From Fibrobacter sp. (GTDB lineage: Bacteria > Fibrobacterota > Fibrobacteria > Fibrobacterales > Fibrobacteraceae), in the NCBI GenBank assembly GCA_024398845.1, contig JAKSIM010000001.1, positions 3,558 to 67,557 of the forward strand: DNA of 64,000 nucleotides, in the 5' to 3' direction. Positions 19,676 to 30,237 of the stretch are shown piece by piece. A model generated the notes under the pieces. That model ran no database searches, had not been told where the DNA came from, and saw only the letters and a program-made list of their open reading frames with translations. Within the stretch, counting starts at the first letter, position 1, and each line of letters starts with the position of its first letter. The position numbers were made by a program, and so were the translations under genes.

Positions 19676-20329
19676 ATGAATATGAACAAACTTTTGAACA
19701 TTCCAGAAATACAAAAGTCCAAGTGGCCATCCCTTTTGCAAGAAACCTTCGGCGAGAATCTGGTTTCTGCTTTTTTGCACGGGAATTGCCTCATGGAAGG
19801 CTTTGACGCCTTGCAATCTCCGTGGACCGTAAGTTTAATTCTCAAGGACAACTCCCCCGAAACTATCGCACGCACACGCGACCTCATGAAGCAGGCCCAT
19901 AAAGAGAACATCCAGTTTTGCTACTTCTTTAGCCCAACCGAAATTGTCAAATCGTTGGACACCTTCCCGCTAGAATACTTGCACATTGCCAACAAGAGCG
20001 TTGCCCTCTGCGGCATTCAACCTCTCGCCGGTTTTGTACCAGAGCAAGCCAAGCTACGCCTGCAATGCGAACGCGAACTTAGAGGCATCCTTGTCCACCT
20101 GCGAGAGAATTTTGTAAATACAAAATCCGGGAAACCACTCCAAAAGATGTTCGCTAGTGCGGTAAACGAGGCGCTCCCCGTACTGTACGGTGTGTACTTT
20201 TTAGAAACGGGAACATACCCCGAGAACCACGGCCAAGTCTTTGAGCGTTATCCTGAATTAAAACAAGAAAATTTAATTGAAGCCATCGAAAAAATCGTCA
20301 TCAAAGTCGATTCCATGGAGGAAAAATGA
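19676..20329 (+). CDS. hypothetical protein, degenerate nucleotidyltransferase-like fold
   Basis: FGENLVSAFLHG, SLDTFPLEY, LRLQCERELRG; sits between TPM and LemA. Confidence 0.65.
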   Translation: MNMNKLLNIPEIQKSKWPSLLQETFGENLVSAFLHGNCLMEGFDALQSPWTVSLILKDNSPETIARTRDLMKQAHKENIQFCYFFSPTEIVKSLDTFPLEYLHIANKSVALCGIQPLAGFVPEQAKLRLQCERELRGILVHLRENFVNTKSGKPLQKMFASAVNEALPVLYGVYFLETGTYPENHGQVFERYPELKQENLIEAIEKIVIKVDSMEEK

Positions 20330-20934
20330 AAAAAATTATCATCGCGATGCTCGTGGTCATCGTAGTCCTCGCCCTCGTGATTGCGGGCAAATCCATTAGC
20401 GTCTACAACGGAATCATCGCCCTGGACGAAGGCGTAAAAGCCCAATGGGCCCAAGTCGAAAACACCTACCAGCGCCGCGCAGACCTGGTACCGAACCTCG
20501 TTGCAACCGTACAGGGCGAAGCGGACTTCGAAAAGAGCACCCTTAGCGCCGTCACAGACGCCCGCAGTCGCATGGGCGGAACCGTCAAAGTCGACGAGAA
20601 TATGCTTGGCGACGAAGTTGCCATGAAACGCTTTCAAGAAATGCAGGCAGGCCTCGGCGGAGCCTTGCAACGCCTGATGGCCGTGAGCGAAAATTACCCC
20701 TCGCTCAAGAGCAACACCAGCTTCCAGGAACTCCGAGTGCAACTTGAAGGCGCCGAAAACCGCATTGCCACCGAACGCATGCGCTACAACGAGGCGGTCA
20801 AAAGCTACAACACCACCATCCGTCAGTTCCCGAACAACCTAATTGCAGGCTTTGCAGGCGCCACCCCAAAGGTGCCGTTTGCCGCAGATGCTGGCGCAAA
20901 CACTGCCCCGACAGTCAAGTTCGATACAAAGTAA
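20326..20934 (+). CDS. lemA: LemA family protein
   Basis: QRRADLVPNLV, ENYPSLKS, ENRIATERMRYN, FPNNLIA. Confidence 0.95.
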   Translation: MKKIIIAMLVVIVVLALVIAGKSISVYNGIIALDEGVKAQWAQVENTYQRRADLVPNLVATVQGEADFEKSTLSAVTDARSRMGGTVKVDENMLGDEVAMKRFQEMQAGLGGALQRLMAVSENYPSLKSNTSFQELRVQLEGAENRIATERMRYNEAVKSYNTTIRQFPNNLIAGFAGATPKVPFAADAGANTAPTVKFDTK

Positions 20935-22146
20935 TTAGCGGCGACGGCCAACCTTCCCAAAGCCACCAGACGAACGACCACTACTGCGGGCGGAGCCTCG
21001 GCGAGAGTCCTCGTCGTCATCGTCACGGCTACGAATGGAAGGCGCCGGAGCCTGACGTGGCTGGACTCTAGGCGATTCTGCACGCGGAGGATCGTTACTC
21101 ATCCGTTGCATAGACCTATTATTAGCATCTCGCAGGCCAGGAGCCACGGGGCGTACATTTGCCGGTTGCACCCCAACGTTTGTTGAACGCGGTGCAGGAG
21201 TAGCCATACGCGGAGCTGGAGCTGACGAACGTGGAGCAGGACTTGTTACACGCGGTGCTGGCGCTGGGCTAACGACCCGCTGGGTAGAAGCCGGTCTCGG
21301 AGTCACGGCGTGCGACGTAGTTTGTCTCGGAGCAGGAGCTACTGCACTATGGTTTGCCGTAGAATGCCTCGGCGGAGCTATGCCAGGATTGTGGCGGGGC
21401 GGAGGCGGGTTATGCCCTCTTCTTGGAGGAGGAACATAACGATGCGGATGGTGAGGAATTGGCCTATGCGCATACCAGCGGGTATTGCGCACGTAAATGA
21501 CGCGCGGCCCCCAATCGAACCAGCAGCTACCCCACCCCCATTCGCCATACCACGTTCCAAGCCATACGCCCGTACCATAAGAAATTCTCGTATAGCCGTC
21601 GGCGTAGGTATAATAAACTACGCGCGGGTTGTACACAGGAACATAGACGTATTCGGTACGCACGGGAACAATGGTAATATTGTTCTCCGCTTCCGTAACA
21701 CTGACCTTTTCGTCACTTTTTAGATGTCCATGATCGTAAGCCGACTGGCGCATGCGTTGCACAGCAGCCATCACTTCGTCTTTTTGACTGGTCACAGCGT
21801 CACCCAACTGGTCACACCAGGCCTTGTAGTTTGACATCATCGCCAAAACGGTCGGGAACGGAATCAGGGCCTGTACGCTCGGGTCATAATTCAGATTCGC
21901 CTCTTCCATGGCAGCGGCGAGAGCCTCCCCCGAAAGATTCTTATGCGATTCCGCCCACGCGCTCGCGGCAGGAATCTGATTCCCGTAAGTCGAGGCGGTA
22001 AGCACATGCACCAACAGAGGATCCGGATACAGGGCGATATTCGAAACCAGCGTATCCAGTTCCGACTCCGTAAAATTTCCTTGGGCTAAACCTGCCCCGG
22101 GAAGGGCCAAGACCCACAACAATAGAACTAAGGCAACTTTTTTCAT
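20935..22146 (-). CDS. DUF3300 domain protein with Pro/Arg-rich tail
   Basis: LDTLVSNIALYPDPLL, DPSVQAL, VYVPVYNPRVVY. Confidence 0.9.
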   Translation of the reverse strand: MKKVALVLLLWVLALPGAGLAQGNFTESELDTLVSNIALYPDPLLVHVLTASTYGNQIPAASAWAESHKNLSGEALAAAMEEANLNYDPSVQALIPFPTVLAMMSNYKAWCDQLGDAVTSQKDEVMAAVQRMRQSAYDHGHLKSDEKVSVTEAENNITIVPVRTEYVYVPVYNPRVVYYTYADGYTRISYGTGVWLGTWYGEWGWGSCWFDWGPRVIYVRNTRWYAHRPIPHHPHRYVPPPRRGHNPPPPRHNPGIAPPRHSTANHSAVAPAPRQTTSHAVTPRPASTQRVVSPAPAPRVTSPAPRSSAPAPRMATPAPRSTNVGVQPANVRPVAPGLRDANNRSMQRMSNDPPRAESPRVQPRQAPAPSIRSRDDDDEDSRRGSARSSGRSSGGFGKVGRRR

Positions 22147-22359
22147 AAAGCCTCCTAACGAACTCTCTAATGTGTAAAATACAACATATTAGATGAAAAG
22201 AAAAGTCCCCTGGTTGCATAAAAAGGGCAAAAGTGCGTAAAATGTGCAAATTTTTTGATTGTAATTTTTTACAACGCGTAAATAACAATTAACGGCCAAA
22301 AAAGGGGGCAAACATATAATTTATATACAAAACAAGTGTTGGTATAGGGAGTAACAAAG

Positions 22360-24279
22360 ATGCTTAAAAAACTATCCTTAGCGCTGAGCCTTGCGGCAAC
22401 AGCGTCTTTCTCGCAAACAGTTGATTTGCCGATTATTTTTGTCGACACCAAGCAAAAGTGCCTCGATAAAAACGTCTCCGAAAAAATCCCGGCGACTATG
22501 AGGGTTTTGGACGGAGCCACGAACAATGTGGCCGACAGTGCCAAAGGGACACTCTACGATATCGGCATCAAGGTGAGAGGTCAATCCTCCGCCCTGTTCC
22601 CAAAGCCTGGCTATAGCGTCGAAGTCCGCGATATTACCGGAATGGGCATCGATGTCAGCATGCTCGGGCTCCCCGACGCCGACGACTGGGTTTTCCACGG
22701 ACCGTACGTGGACAAGAGTATGATGCGTAACGCTCTCGCGCACTGGCTCTTTAGACAGGCCGGCCGTTACAGCCCGCGCACCAAGCATTTTGACCTGTAC
22801 ATTAACGGCGTGTACCGCGGCGTGTACGTGCTTATTGAAAAAATCAAGCGCGGCAAGTATCGCGTGGACGTAAGTAAGCTCAAGGAAACCGATATCGCCG
22901 GGGATAGCCTTACCGGCGGCTATATTTGGGCTTTTGACAAGACCGGCACAAATACCGGCGGTGCAGGCAGCGGAGACGTGAACAACGAAGGTTTTGCCAC
23001 GTCCGATGGCTTAAACGTCATTTTGCACTACCCCAAGAAAGAAAACATCAAAAAAGAACAGGAAGAATACCTGAAAAAGTACCTAAATGAGCTTGAAGGC
23101 CTGTTCAAGAACGGCGGTAACGGAAACGGATATGAAAAATATGTGGACATGGGTTCTGCCGTGGACTACGTTTTACACCAGGAACTTACCAACAACGCCG
23201 ACTCCTATTGGTGCAGTTTCTTTTTGCACAAGCCGAAGGACAGCAAGGGCGGAAAAGTGACGCTCGGCCCACCTTGGGACTTCAACCTCGCCATGAGCAA
23301 CGGCAGCACCCCTGAAAATGGCGGTGGCAATAACAACGGCGGCTGGGGCGGCATGGGAGGCTTTGGCGGCTTCGACATGGGCGGCGGCTTTGGAAGTTCG
23401 GGCACTACAGGTTGGCAGATTGAAAACAGCAGCAAGCAGATTGCCGACGGAAACGGCGGCGGTGGTATGTGGAACTTCGGCGGAAGTTCCTTAAAGGCTC
23501 CGCGCTGGCTCACCAGCATGTGGAAAGACCAGGGCTACCAAACCGAATTGAAGAAACGCTGGGCAGAACTCCGCAGTGGCGTTTGGCACACAAAAACAAT
23601 GGACGCCTACCTGGACTCCATGAAGGTTTACTTGAAAAACGCCGCCGATAGAAACTTCAAGCGTTGGCCGAATCTTGGTCAGTCCAGCGGCCAGGGAGAC
23701 AACGACCCAGAACCAATGAAATATTGCAACCAAGGCGGCAATAACGGCGGTTGGGGCATGAACATGCCCATGGGCGGCTACAACGCCGACACCTGGGACG
23801 GAGAATTCGAACACCTTCGTAAAAAAATGAAGGAACGCATGGCCTGGATGGACCAGCAACTCGGATTCACGGAACCCGCAAGCCCGATTGTGATGGCACC
23901 CGTGGAAGTTCAGGAACTTCACAATCCTGACTTCAAGAATGAAGACAAGAAGGACACCACTACACAGCAGGGGCAACAGCAACAAAATCAGCAAAATCAA
24001 CAAGCTGGCCAGGATACGTCTAGCCACAATAACACGTTCCCGTGGATGAACCTGACAGATGATTTCAGCCGACTCTCTCCGACGAACCGCTATATGGTAA
24101 ACGGCAAGAATCTTGAAATCCAGACCGATCTCGGCGGAACCTTCGCCTTGATTGACCTGAACGGCAAAGTTCTCCTCAAGACGAAGATTAAGGCCGGTGG
24201 CGTCACGCTGAAGATTCCATCCAAGGCAATGAACAAGCACTGGATTGCGACCCTCAACGGCAAGATGTTGAATCGATAA
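22360..24279 (+). CDS. CotH kinase family secreted protein
   Basis: KVRGQSS, DKSMMRN, YRGVYVLIEKI, GPPWDFNLA; basic C-terminal domain. Confidence 0.9.
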   Translation: MLKKLSLALSLAATASFSQTVDLPIIFVDTKQKCLDKNVSEKIPATMRVLDGATNNVADSAKGTLYDIGIKVRGQSSALFPKPGYSVEVRDITGMGIDVSMLGLPDADDWVFHGPYVDKSMMRNALAHWLFRQAGRYSPRTKHFDLYINGVYRGVYVLIEKIKRGKYRVDVSKLKETDIAGDSLTGGYIWAFDKTGTNTGGAGSGDVNNEGFATSDGLNVILHYPKKENIKKEQEEYLKKYLNELEGLFKNGGNGNGYEKYVDMGSAVDYVLHQELTNNADSYWCSFFLHKPKDSKGGKVTLGPPWDFNLAMSNGSTPENGGGNNNGGWGGMGGFGGFDMGGGFGSSGTTGWQIENSSKQIADGNGGGGMWNFGGSSLKAPRWLTSMWKDQGYQTELKKRWAELRSGVWHTKTMDAYLDSMKVYLKNAADRNFKRWPNLGQSSGQGDNDPEPMKYCNQGGNNGGWGMNMPMGGYNADTWDGEFEHLRKKMKERMAWMDQQLGFTEPASPIVMAPVEVQELHNPDFKNEDKKDTTTQQGQQQQNQQNQQAGQDTSSHNNTFPWMNLTDDFSRLSPTNRYMVNGKNLEIQTDLGGTFALIDLNGKVLLKTKIKAGGVTLKIPSKAMNKHWIATLNGKMLNR

Positions 24280-24309
24280 AACTCAACCTCTCTCTTAAAA
24301 ACCAACCCT

Positions 24310-24342
24310 AAAACGCGAACTATTTTTTAGTCCGCGTTTTTT
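24310..24342 (+). terminator. terminator after the CotH gene
   Basis: AAAACGCGAACTA...TAGTCCGCGTTTTTT. Confidence 0.7.
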
Positions 24343-24351
24343 AGTTTATAC

Positions 24352-24383
24352 AAAAAACCGCAACCTGGTGGGCTGCGGTTTTA
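24352..24383 (-). terminator. terminator after glnS
   Basis: AAAAAACCGCAACC...GGCTGCGGTTTT hairpin with T-run on the minus strand. Confidence 0.75.
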
Positions 24384-24413
24384 CGTTTAAAACGCTAGCT
24401 TTTCGTGCGAACG

Positions 24414-26090
24414 TTACTTCTTGTTGAAGCTGTCCTTTAGGTCAACGGTGCGGTTGAACACGAGGTGGCCCGGCTTGGAGTCTTCGCTGTCGAGGCAGAA
24501 GTAACCCTGACGCAGGAACTGGAAGCGGTCTTCCAACTTGGCATCGGCAAGGCTCGGTTCCAGCTTGGCCTGCTTGATGACCATGGATTCCGGATTCAGG
24601 TAACTATGCCAATCTTCGCCTTCCGGCACATTGGAAGGATCTTCAAGAGTGAACAAGTTATTGATGAGGCGGACTTCGGCATCAACAGCGTGAGCGGCGC
24701 TCACCCAATGGATGGTGCCCTTCACCTTACGGCCGTCCGGAGATTCACCGCCCTTGCTGGCCGGGTCGTACGTGCAATGAATGCAGGTGACCTTGCCATC
24801 GGCGTCCTTCTCGACGCTCTTGCAAGTCACGAAGTAGGCGCCCTTGAGGCGGACTTCGCCTTCGGGCTTCAGGCGGAAGTACTTCTTGGGAGGTTCTTCC
24901 ATGAAGTCGTCTGCTTCGATGTAGAGTTCCTTGCCGAACGGCACCAGGCGCTTGCCGGCGCTTTCGTCGTTCGGGTTGTTTTCCACTTCGACCATTTCGA
25001 CCTTGCCGTCTTCCCAGTTGTCAATGACGACCTTCACCGGGTCGATGACGGCCATGGCGCGCTTTGCGGTCTGGTTCAGTTCTTCGCGGAGGCAGAAGTA
25101 AAGAAGGTTCACGTCAACCATGCTGTCGGCCTTGGAAACGCCGATGCGGTTGCAGAACTCGCGGATGGAACTTGCAGTGAAGCCACGGCGGCGATATCCG
25201 CAGACCGTCGGCATACGCGGGTCGTTCCAGCCCATCACGGCCTTCGTCTGCACCAATTCGAGGAGCTTGCGCTTGCTCATCATGGTGTACGTGAGGTTGA
25301 GGCGGGCAAATTCAATCTGCTGCGGGCGGTTCTCGAGACCAAGTTCAATCAGGAACCAGTCGTACAGCGGGCGGTGGGCTTCGAACTCCAGCGTGCAGAT
25401 GGAGTGCGTAATGCCTTCGAGCCAGTCGCTGAGCGGGTGCGCGAAGTCGTACATCGGGTAGATGCACCACTTGTCGCCCGTGCGGTGATGCGTGCAGTGC
25501 TTGATGCGGTAGATCGTCGGGTCACGCATGTTCATGTTCGGGCTCGCGAGGTCCACCTTGGCACGCAGGCACTTTTCGCCGTCGGCGTACTTGCCGTCGC
25601 GCATTTCGCGGAAGAGCCTCATATTCTCTTCGACGCTGCGGTCGCGGTACGGAGAGGGCTTGCTGGGCTTACCGGCGTCGTTACCGCGGAGTTCCTGCAT
25701 TTCTTCGCGGGAAAGGTCTTCCACGTAGGCCTTGCCCATCTCGATGAGCTTTTCGGCGAATTCGTAAATCTTGTCGTAATAGTCGCTAGCGAAGTATTCG
25801 CCACCCTTCCATTCAAAGCCGAGCCACTTCACATCTTCGCGGATGCTATCGACGTATTCCACATCTTCCTTGGTGGGGTTCGTGTCGTCGAAGCGGAGGT
25901 TCGTAATGCCACCGAAGTCCTTGTACTTGTTCGCCGTGCCGAAGTTCAGGCAAATGGACTTGGCGTGGCCGATGTGGATGTAGCCGTTCGGTTCCGGCGG
26001 GAAACGAGTATGCACGTTCGTGCGCTTGCCAGTTTCGAGGTCGTTAACGATGATATCCTGAATAAAATTCGAAGATTCGGGGATTTCCAT
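24414..26090 (-). CDS. glnS: glutamine--tRNA ligase
   Basis: [40 protein letters not shown]. Confidence 0.98.
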   Translation of the reverse strand: MEIPESSNFIQDIIVNDLETGKRTNVHTRFPPEPNGYIHIGHAKSICLNFGTANKYKDFGGITNLRFDDTNPTKEDVEYVDSIREDVKWLGFEWKGGEYFASDYYDKIYEFAEKLIEMGKAYVEDLSREEMQELRGNDAGKPSKPSPYRDRSVEENMRLFREMRDGKYADGEKCLRAKVDLASPNMNMRDPTIYRIKHCTHHRTGDKWCIYPMYDFAHPLSDWLEGITHSICTLEFEAHRPLYDWFLIELGLENRPQQIEFARLNLTYTMMSKRKLLELVQTKAVMGWNDPRMPTVCGYRRRGFTASSIREFCNRIGVSKADSMVDVNLLYFCLREELNQTAKRAMAVIDPVKVVIDNWEDGKVEMVEVENNPNDESAGKRLVPFGKELYIEADDFMEEPPKKYFRLKPEGEVRLKGAYFVTCKSVEKDADGKVTCIHCTYDPASKGGESPDGRKVKGTIHWVSAAHAVDAEVRLINNLFTLEDPSNVPEGEDWHSYLNPESMVIKQAKLEPSLADAKLEDRFQFLRQGYFCLDSEDSKPGHLVFNRTVDLKDSFNKK

Positions 26091-26147
26091 AAAGATCCTT
26101 TGAAAATTTACGGTTTAAATATAGAAAAGGCGAACGAAGCGCGAAAG

Positions 26148-26534
26148 CTAACTTATGCATTTTAGCTGCTCAACGACTTTCACATCGGCAGGGCACCATT
26201 CAAGGGCCGAAAGTTCACCAAGCGAAATCCACTTGGCCGCCTCGTGTTCCAAAAGCGTCAATTCACCCCTCACTACCGTGCAAAAAAAGCAATGCATGGT
26301 CAAATGGAACGCAGGGTAATCGTACTCGACAGTGCAAATAAAGCGCCCGACCTCAACCTCTACAGCCAACTCTTCTTTGAGTTCTCGCGCAAGCGCCTGT
26401 TCACGGCTCTCCCCCGGCTCCATTTTGCCCCCGGGGAACTCCCAAAAACCCTTGTAATCGCCGTAACCGCGCGCCGTTACAAAATATTTTTCATCACGGA
26501 CAATCACGCCCGCTACCACTTCAATAGATTTCAT
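26148..26534 (-). CDS. NUDIX (d)NTP pyrophosphohydrolase, MutT/NudG-like
   Basis: WEFPGGKMEPGESREQALARELKEEL Nudix box. Confidence 0.92.
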   Translation of the reverse strand: MKSIEVVAGVIVRDEKYFVTARGYGDYKGFWEFPGGKMEPGESREQALARELKEELAVEVEVGRFICTVEYDYPAFHLTMHCFFCTVVRGELTLLEHEAAKWISLGELSALEWCPADVKVVEQLKCIS

Positions 26535-26680
26535 AACGTACGAAATATAGTTTCTGCGTAATCCTTTTTTTCAAGTAAAATTTAAGTAGCAGTGATTTTT
26601 TTTGAGAAAGACTTATATATCTTTGTTTATGGATTAATTTAGAGTTCTTGCCCAGGTGGTGAGGACATAACGAGGTTTTT

Positions 26681-27571
26681 GTGGACGGAAAAACAGAGTC
26701 ACTCTGTATTTTTGGTCATCCGGTGGCGCACAGTAAATCGCCCCTGATGCATAACGCACTTTTTAAAGCGCTGGATATCAACGCTGCCTACTTGCCCTTT
26801 GCTCCCGAGCCCGAAAATTTTGCGGACGCCGTTCGCGGTTTCAAGGCTATGAAATTCTGCGGAGCAAACGTGACCATCCCTTACAAGACGCAATTCATGG
26901 ACCAAGCCACGGGGGCTCCCCTGCTGGTCGATGAACTTTCACCAATTTCTGCATTTACCGGAAGCGTGAATACGCTTTATTGGAAAGACGGAATTGTCGG
27001 TGGAACTTTGTGCGGAACGACGACCGACCCGTACGGTTGCATTAGGAACCTTGAAGAACACGGGGTAAGCGCAAGCCACACAACCGTCGCCCTGCTCGGG
27101 AATGGCGGTGCCGCAAAAGCCATCGCCTATACGCTCGTGGAACAAGGGAACGAACTCACCATCGTGTGCCGCAGCCGCGAAAAAGGCGAAGCCTTGGCTG
27201 CAGGTTTAAACCAGGCTAGCAAAGAATTTAAACCCGTCCAGGTCGCCACGTTCGAGGAATTCAAGCAGATTTCGGCAAATTTCAAAATCATCATTAACGC
27301 CACATCCGTGGGCATGACGCCAAACGTAGACGAGAGCGCCATTGGCGAAGACTGCCTGCACGCGGGCCAAGTCGTATGCGACATCGTGTACACGCCACCA
27401 AAGACCAAGCTTTTGCAAATGGCCGAAGCCAAAGGTTGCAAAATCGTCTCGGGCGAAGGCATGCTGGTACACCAGGGTTTGGAAAGTTTTAAAAAATGGT
27501 TCCCTGCAGAAACAGCGGGACGCTCCAACGAAGAATTGACAGCCATTATGCGCAAAGGAATGCAGGGCTAA
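26681..27571 (+). CDS. aroE: shikimate dehydrogenase
   Basis: HSKSPLMHN, GANVTIPYK, GNGGAA, INATSVGM, DIVYTP. Confidence 0.95.
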   Translation: MDGKTESLCIFGHPVAHSKSPLMHNALFKALDINAAYLPFAPEPENFADAVRGFKAMKFCGANVTIPYKTQFMDQATGAPLLVDELSPISAFTGSVNTLYWKDGIVGGTLCGTTTDPYGCIRNLEEHGVSASHTTVALLGNGGAAKAIAYTLVEQGNELTIVCRSREKGEALAAGLNQASKEFKPVQVATFEEFKQISANFKIIINATSVGMTPNVDESAIGEDCLHAGQVVCDIVYTPPKTKLLQMAEAKGCKIVSGEGMLVHQGLESFKKWFPAETAGRSNEELTAIMRKGMQG

Positions 27572-27572
27572 T

Positions 27573-29195
27573 ATGAAGAGACATATCTTTTTTACAGGAT
27601 TCATGGCAAGCGGAAAGAGCCGTACCGGAAGGGCTATGGCCGAGCGCCTGGAACGTCCGTTCATAGACACCGATGCTCTGATTGTAGAACGCGCAGGCAA
27701 ATCCATCAGCGAGATTTTTGAACAGGACGGCGAAGCCAAGTTCCGCGAAATGGAACACGACGTGATTGCAGAAATTGCAAAAAGCGAAACCCCACAAGTG
27801 ATTTCGCTTGGCGGAGGCGCTCTGAATCAGCCCGAAAACCTCAAGGCCATTCGCGAATCCGGCGTGCTCATTCGCCTGTGGGCCAAGCCCGAAGTGCTTT
27901 CGGAGCGCATCGGCCGCAAGAATACGCGTCCGCTCCTAGCAAATCTCAGCGACGAAGAGCGTCTTGCCAAAATCAAGGTGATGCTCAAGGAACGTGAAAA
28001 AAATTACGCCCAGGCAGACTTTAGCATTGAAAGCACAAACGAAGCCTCGGAAATGCACGTGATTGAACGAATCCTCCACATGATTCGCTTTTGGGAATCG
28101 CATGCGCTGGACGTACTCCCGAGTAGCGGGGGGCGGTACCCGATTTTTATTGGCAAGAACATCACGCCCGCCGCAGCCTGCCTGCTAGAGGGCCTTCGCC
28201 TCTCGCCCAACTATGAATTTTTGATTTGCACCGACACGACCATTGCGAAGGCCCAAGGCGAGATGCTCCATGAGCTCCGCGGCCAAGCCGGACGGTGCCC
28301 CATCTTTAAATTCCAGGCCGGGGAGCGCAACAAGACGCTCCACAACCTGAACCAGCTGTACAGCTTTATGCTGCACCGCGGTTACACCCGCAAGAGTTGC
28401 TTACTCCAATTTAGCGGTGGTGTCGTAGGCGACATGGCGGGCTTTGGCGCCGCCACCTACCAGCGCGGCATACCATTTATTCAGTTCCCGACAACGCTTC
28501 TCAGCATGGTCGATAGTTCCGTCGGCGGAAAAGTCGCCGTGAATCATGCCGAAGGCAAAAACATGATTGGAGCATTCTACCAGCCAAGCGCCGTGGTTTG
28601 CGACATTTCTGTCCTCAGCACCCTTCCCGAAAACGAATACCTCGCCGGTCTCGCCGAAATTGTAAAATACGGTGTCATCTATGACGAAGAATTCTTTAGC
28701 TACATGGAACAGAACATTGAAGCCATCAAAAAGCATGACTACAACGTTTTGCGCCATCTGATTTTCCGTAGCTGTCAAATCAAGGCCGAAGTCGTTGGCA
28801 TTGACGAAAAAGAAGCGGGACTCCGCGCTATCCTCAATTACGGCCACACCTTTGGGCACGCCATCGAAAAAATCACAGGCTACACAATGTTCAGCCACGG
28901 GATTGCCGTTTCACTTGGCATGCGTGTTGCCGCCCGTGCAGCCGTCCTCCTAGGCAAGCTTGACGAAGCAGCCGAAAAACGTCAGAACGCCCTGCTTGAC
29001 GCCCTCGGATTCCCCAAGACCTTTAACGTGAACGTCGAAGCCGCTTGGAACGCTATGGCCGTCGACAAAAAGGCCGAAAAGGGAACACGCGTTTACATTC
29101 TCCCCACCAAGATTGGCGAGGTTCAAAAAGTCACAAACATCGACAAGAATCTTATCAATAACTCCTGGCTTGCAATCCAGGGAAAAGAGGTATAA
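27573..29195 (+). CDS. aroB: bifunctional shikimate kinase / 3-dehydroquinate synthase (AroK-AroB fusion)
   Basis: N-terminal GFMASGKS P-loop and RPLL; C-terminal GGVVGDMAGF, DSSVGGK, LNYGHTFGHAIE. Confidence 0.95.
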   Translation: MKRHIFFTGFMASGKSRTGRAMAERLERPFIDTDALIVERAGKSISEIFEQDGEAKFREMEHDVIAEIAKSETPQVISLGGGALNQPENLKAIRESGVLIRLWAKPEVLSERIGRKNTRPLLANLSDEERLAKIKVMLKEREKNYAQADFSIESTNEASEMHVIERILHMIRFWESHALDVLPSSGGRYPIFIGKNITPAAACLLEGLRLSPNYEFLICTDTTIAKAQGEMLHELRGQAGRCPIFKFQAGERNKTLHNLNQLYSFMLHRGYTRKSCLLQFSGGVVGDMAGFGAATYQRGIPFIQFPTTLLSMVDSSVGGKVAVNHAEGKNMIGAFYQPSAVVCDISVLSTLPENEYLAGLAEIVKYGVIYDEEFFSYMEQNIEAIKKHDYNVLRHLIFRSCQIKAEVVGIDEKEAGLRAILNYGHTFGHAIEKITGYTMFSHGIAVSLGMRVAARAAVLLGKLDEAAEKRQNALLDALGFPKTFNVNVEAAWNAMAVDKKAEKGTRVYILPTKIGEVQKVTNIDKNLINNSWLAIQGKEV

Positions 29196-30179
29196 ATGAG
29201 TATTCTGGTTACAGGCGGTACAGGAGCACTCGGATTCCACATTCTTTCGAATCTCAGTGGTACAAGCCACGATCTATACAGTTTTAGTGACGAGCAACCA
29301 CAACCGTGGCAGATGGTAGACGGAGTAAACTACCTCACCGGCGACTTGCTGAATTTTAGGGACGTTTACGACGTTCTGCAAAAAGTACAGCCTACCCACA
29401 TTTACCATTTAGCGAGCCAATCGTCCGTGGGCCTTAGCTACAAAAAGCCGTACGAAACCCTGAACATCAACCTTCTGGGTACTCAAACCTTTTTGGAAGC
29501 CGCAAGGCAAGTTGTTCCAAAAGCCAAAATCCTTTTGTTGAGCAGTAGCGAAATTTACGGTCGCACCGAGCAGCAATTAACTTATCTGCACAAAGAAACG
29601 GACTTGCCAAACCCGCTCACCCCTTACGCAACATCCAAGGCCTGTATGGAATTGCTCGGGAACCAATTCCGCAACGCTCATGGACTCCACATTGTATTTG
29701 CAAGGCCTTTCCACTTTACAGGGCCGCATCACAGCCGCCGATTCGTGTTACCCTCCATCACCTACCAGCTTGTCAAAATCAAGTATTACGGTGCAGAACC
29801 CGTCATTTATTCCGGAAGTTTGGATATTAGCCGCGACATGGTAGACGTTCGCGATGTCGCCCGCGGCATGATTCAAATTTTGAACACCGCCGAATCCGGA
29901 GAGGTATTCAACATCTGCTGCGGAAAATCGTACACCTTCCGCGAACTCGTCGAAATGCTCGTAGATATCGCAGGCGTGAGCGTCGATTTCCGCTTTGACC
30001 CAGCCTACGAACGCAGCAACGACATTCCGCTTTTGATTGGCGACCCCACCAAAATTACCAACCTTGGCTGGAAACCAATGATTACCATGGACGACTGCCT
30101 TACCGACCTGTTTAACGAAATGGTGGTACGTCGCAGAGTCGAACTAAAAATGGGAATGGGGCGAGATTTACGCCTATAA
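29196..30179 (+). CDS. NAD-dependent epimerase/dehydratase (GDP-sugar dehydratase/reductase-like)
   Basis: TGGTGALG, HLASQSSV, SSSEIYG, YATSK. Confidence 0.88.
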   Translation: MSILVTGGTGALGFHILSNLSGTSHDLYSFSDEQPQPWQMVDGVNYLTGDLLNFRDVYDVLQKVQPTHIYHLASQSSVGLSYKKPYETLNINLLGTQTFLEAARQVVPKAKILLLSSSEIYGRTEQQLTYLHKETDLPNPLTPYATSKACMELLGNQFRNAHGLHIVFARPFHFTGPHHSRRFVLPSITYQLVKIKYYGAEPVIYSGSLDISRDMVDVRDVARGMIQILNTAESGEVFNICCGKSYTFRELVEMLVDIAGVSVDFRFDPAYERSNDIPLLIGDPTKITNLGWKPMITMDDCLTDLFNEMVVRRRVELKMGMGRDLRL

Positions 30180-30195
30180 GGTCATTTTAGCCGAT

Positions 30196-30226
30196 AAAAG
30201 CAGTTCCTAGAGAACTGCTTTTTTTT
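30196..30226 (+). terminator. intrinsic terminator of the aro operon
   Basis: AAAAGCAGTTC-CTAGA-GAACTGCTTTTTTTT. Confidence 0.88.
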
Positions 30227-30237
30227 ATTTTTACAAT

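Noticed and set aside
24465-26165. 566-aa ORF antisense to glnS (likewise 10656-11402, 38316-39263, 53615-54517, 55375-56994, 61701-63059, 63087-63914)
   Set aside because: Shadow ORFs produced by codon bias of the real genes on the opposite strand; no recognisable motifs
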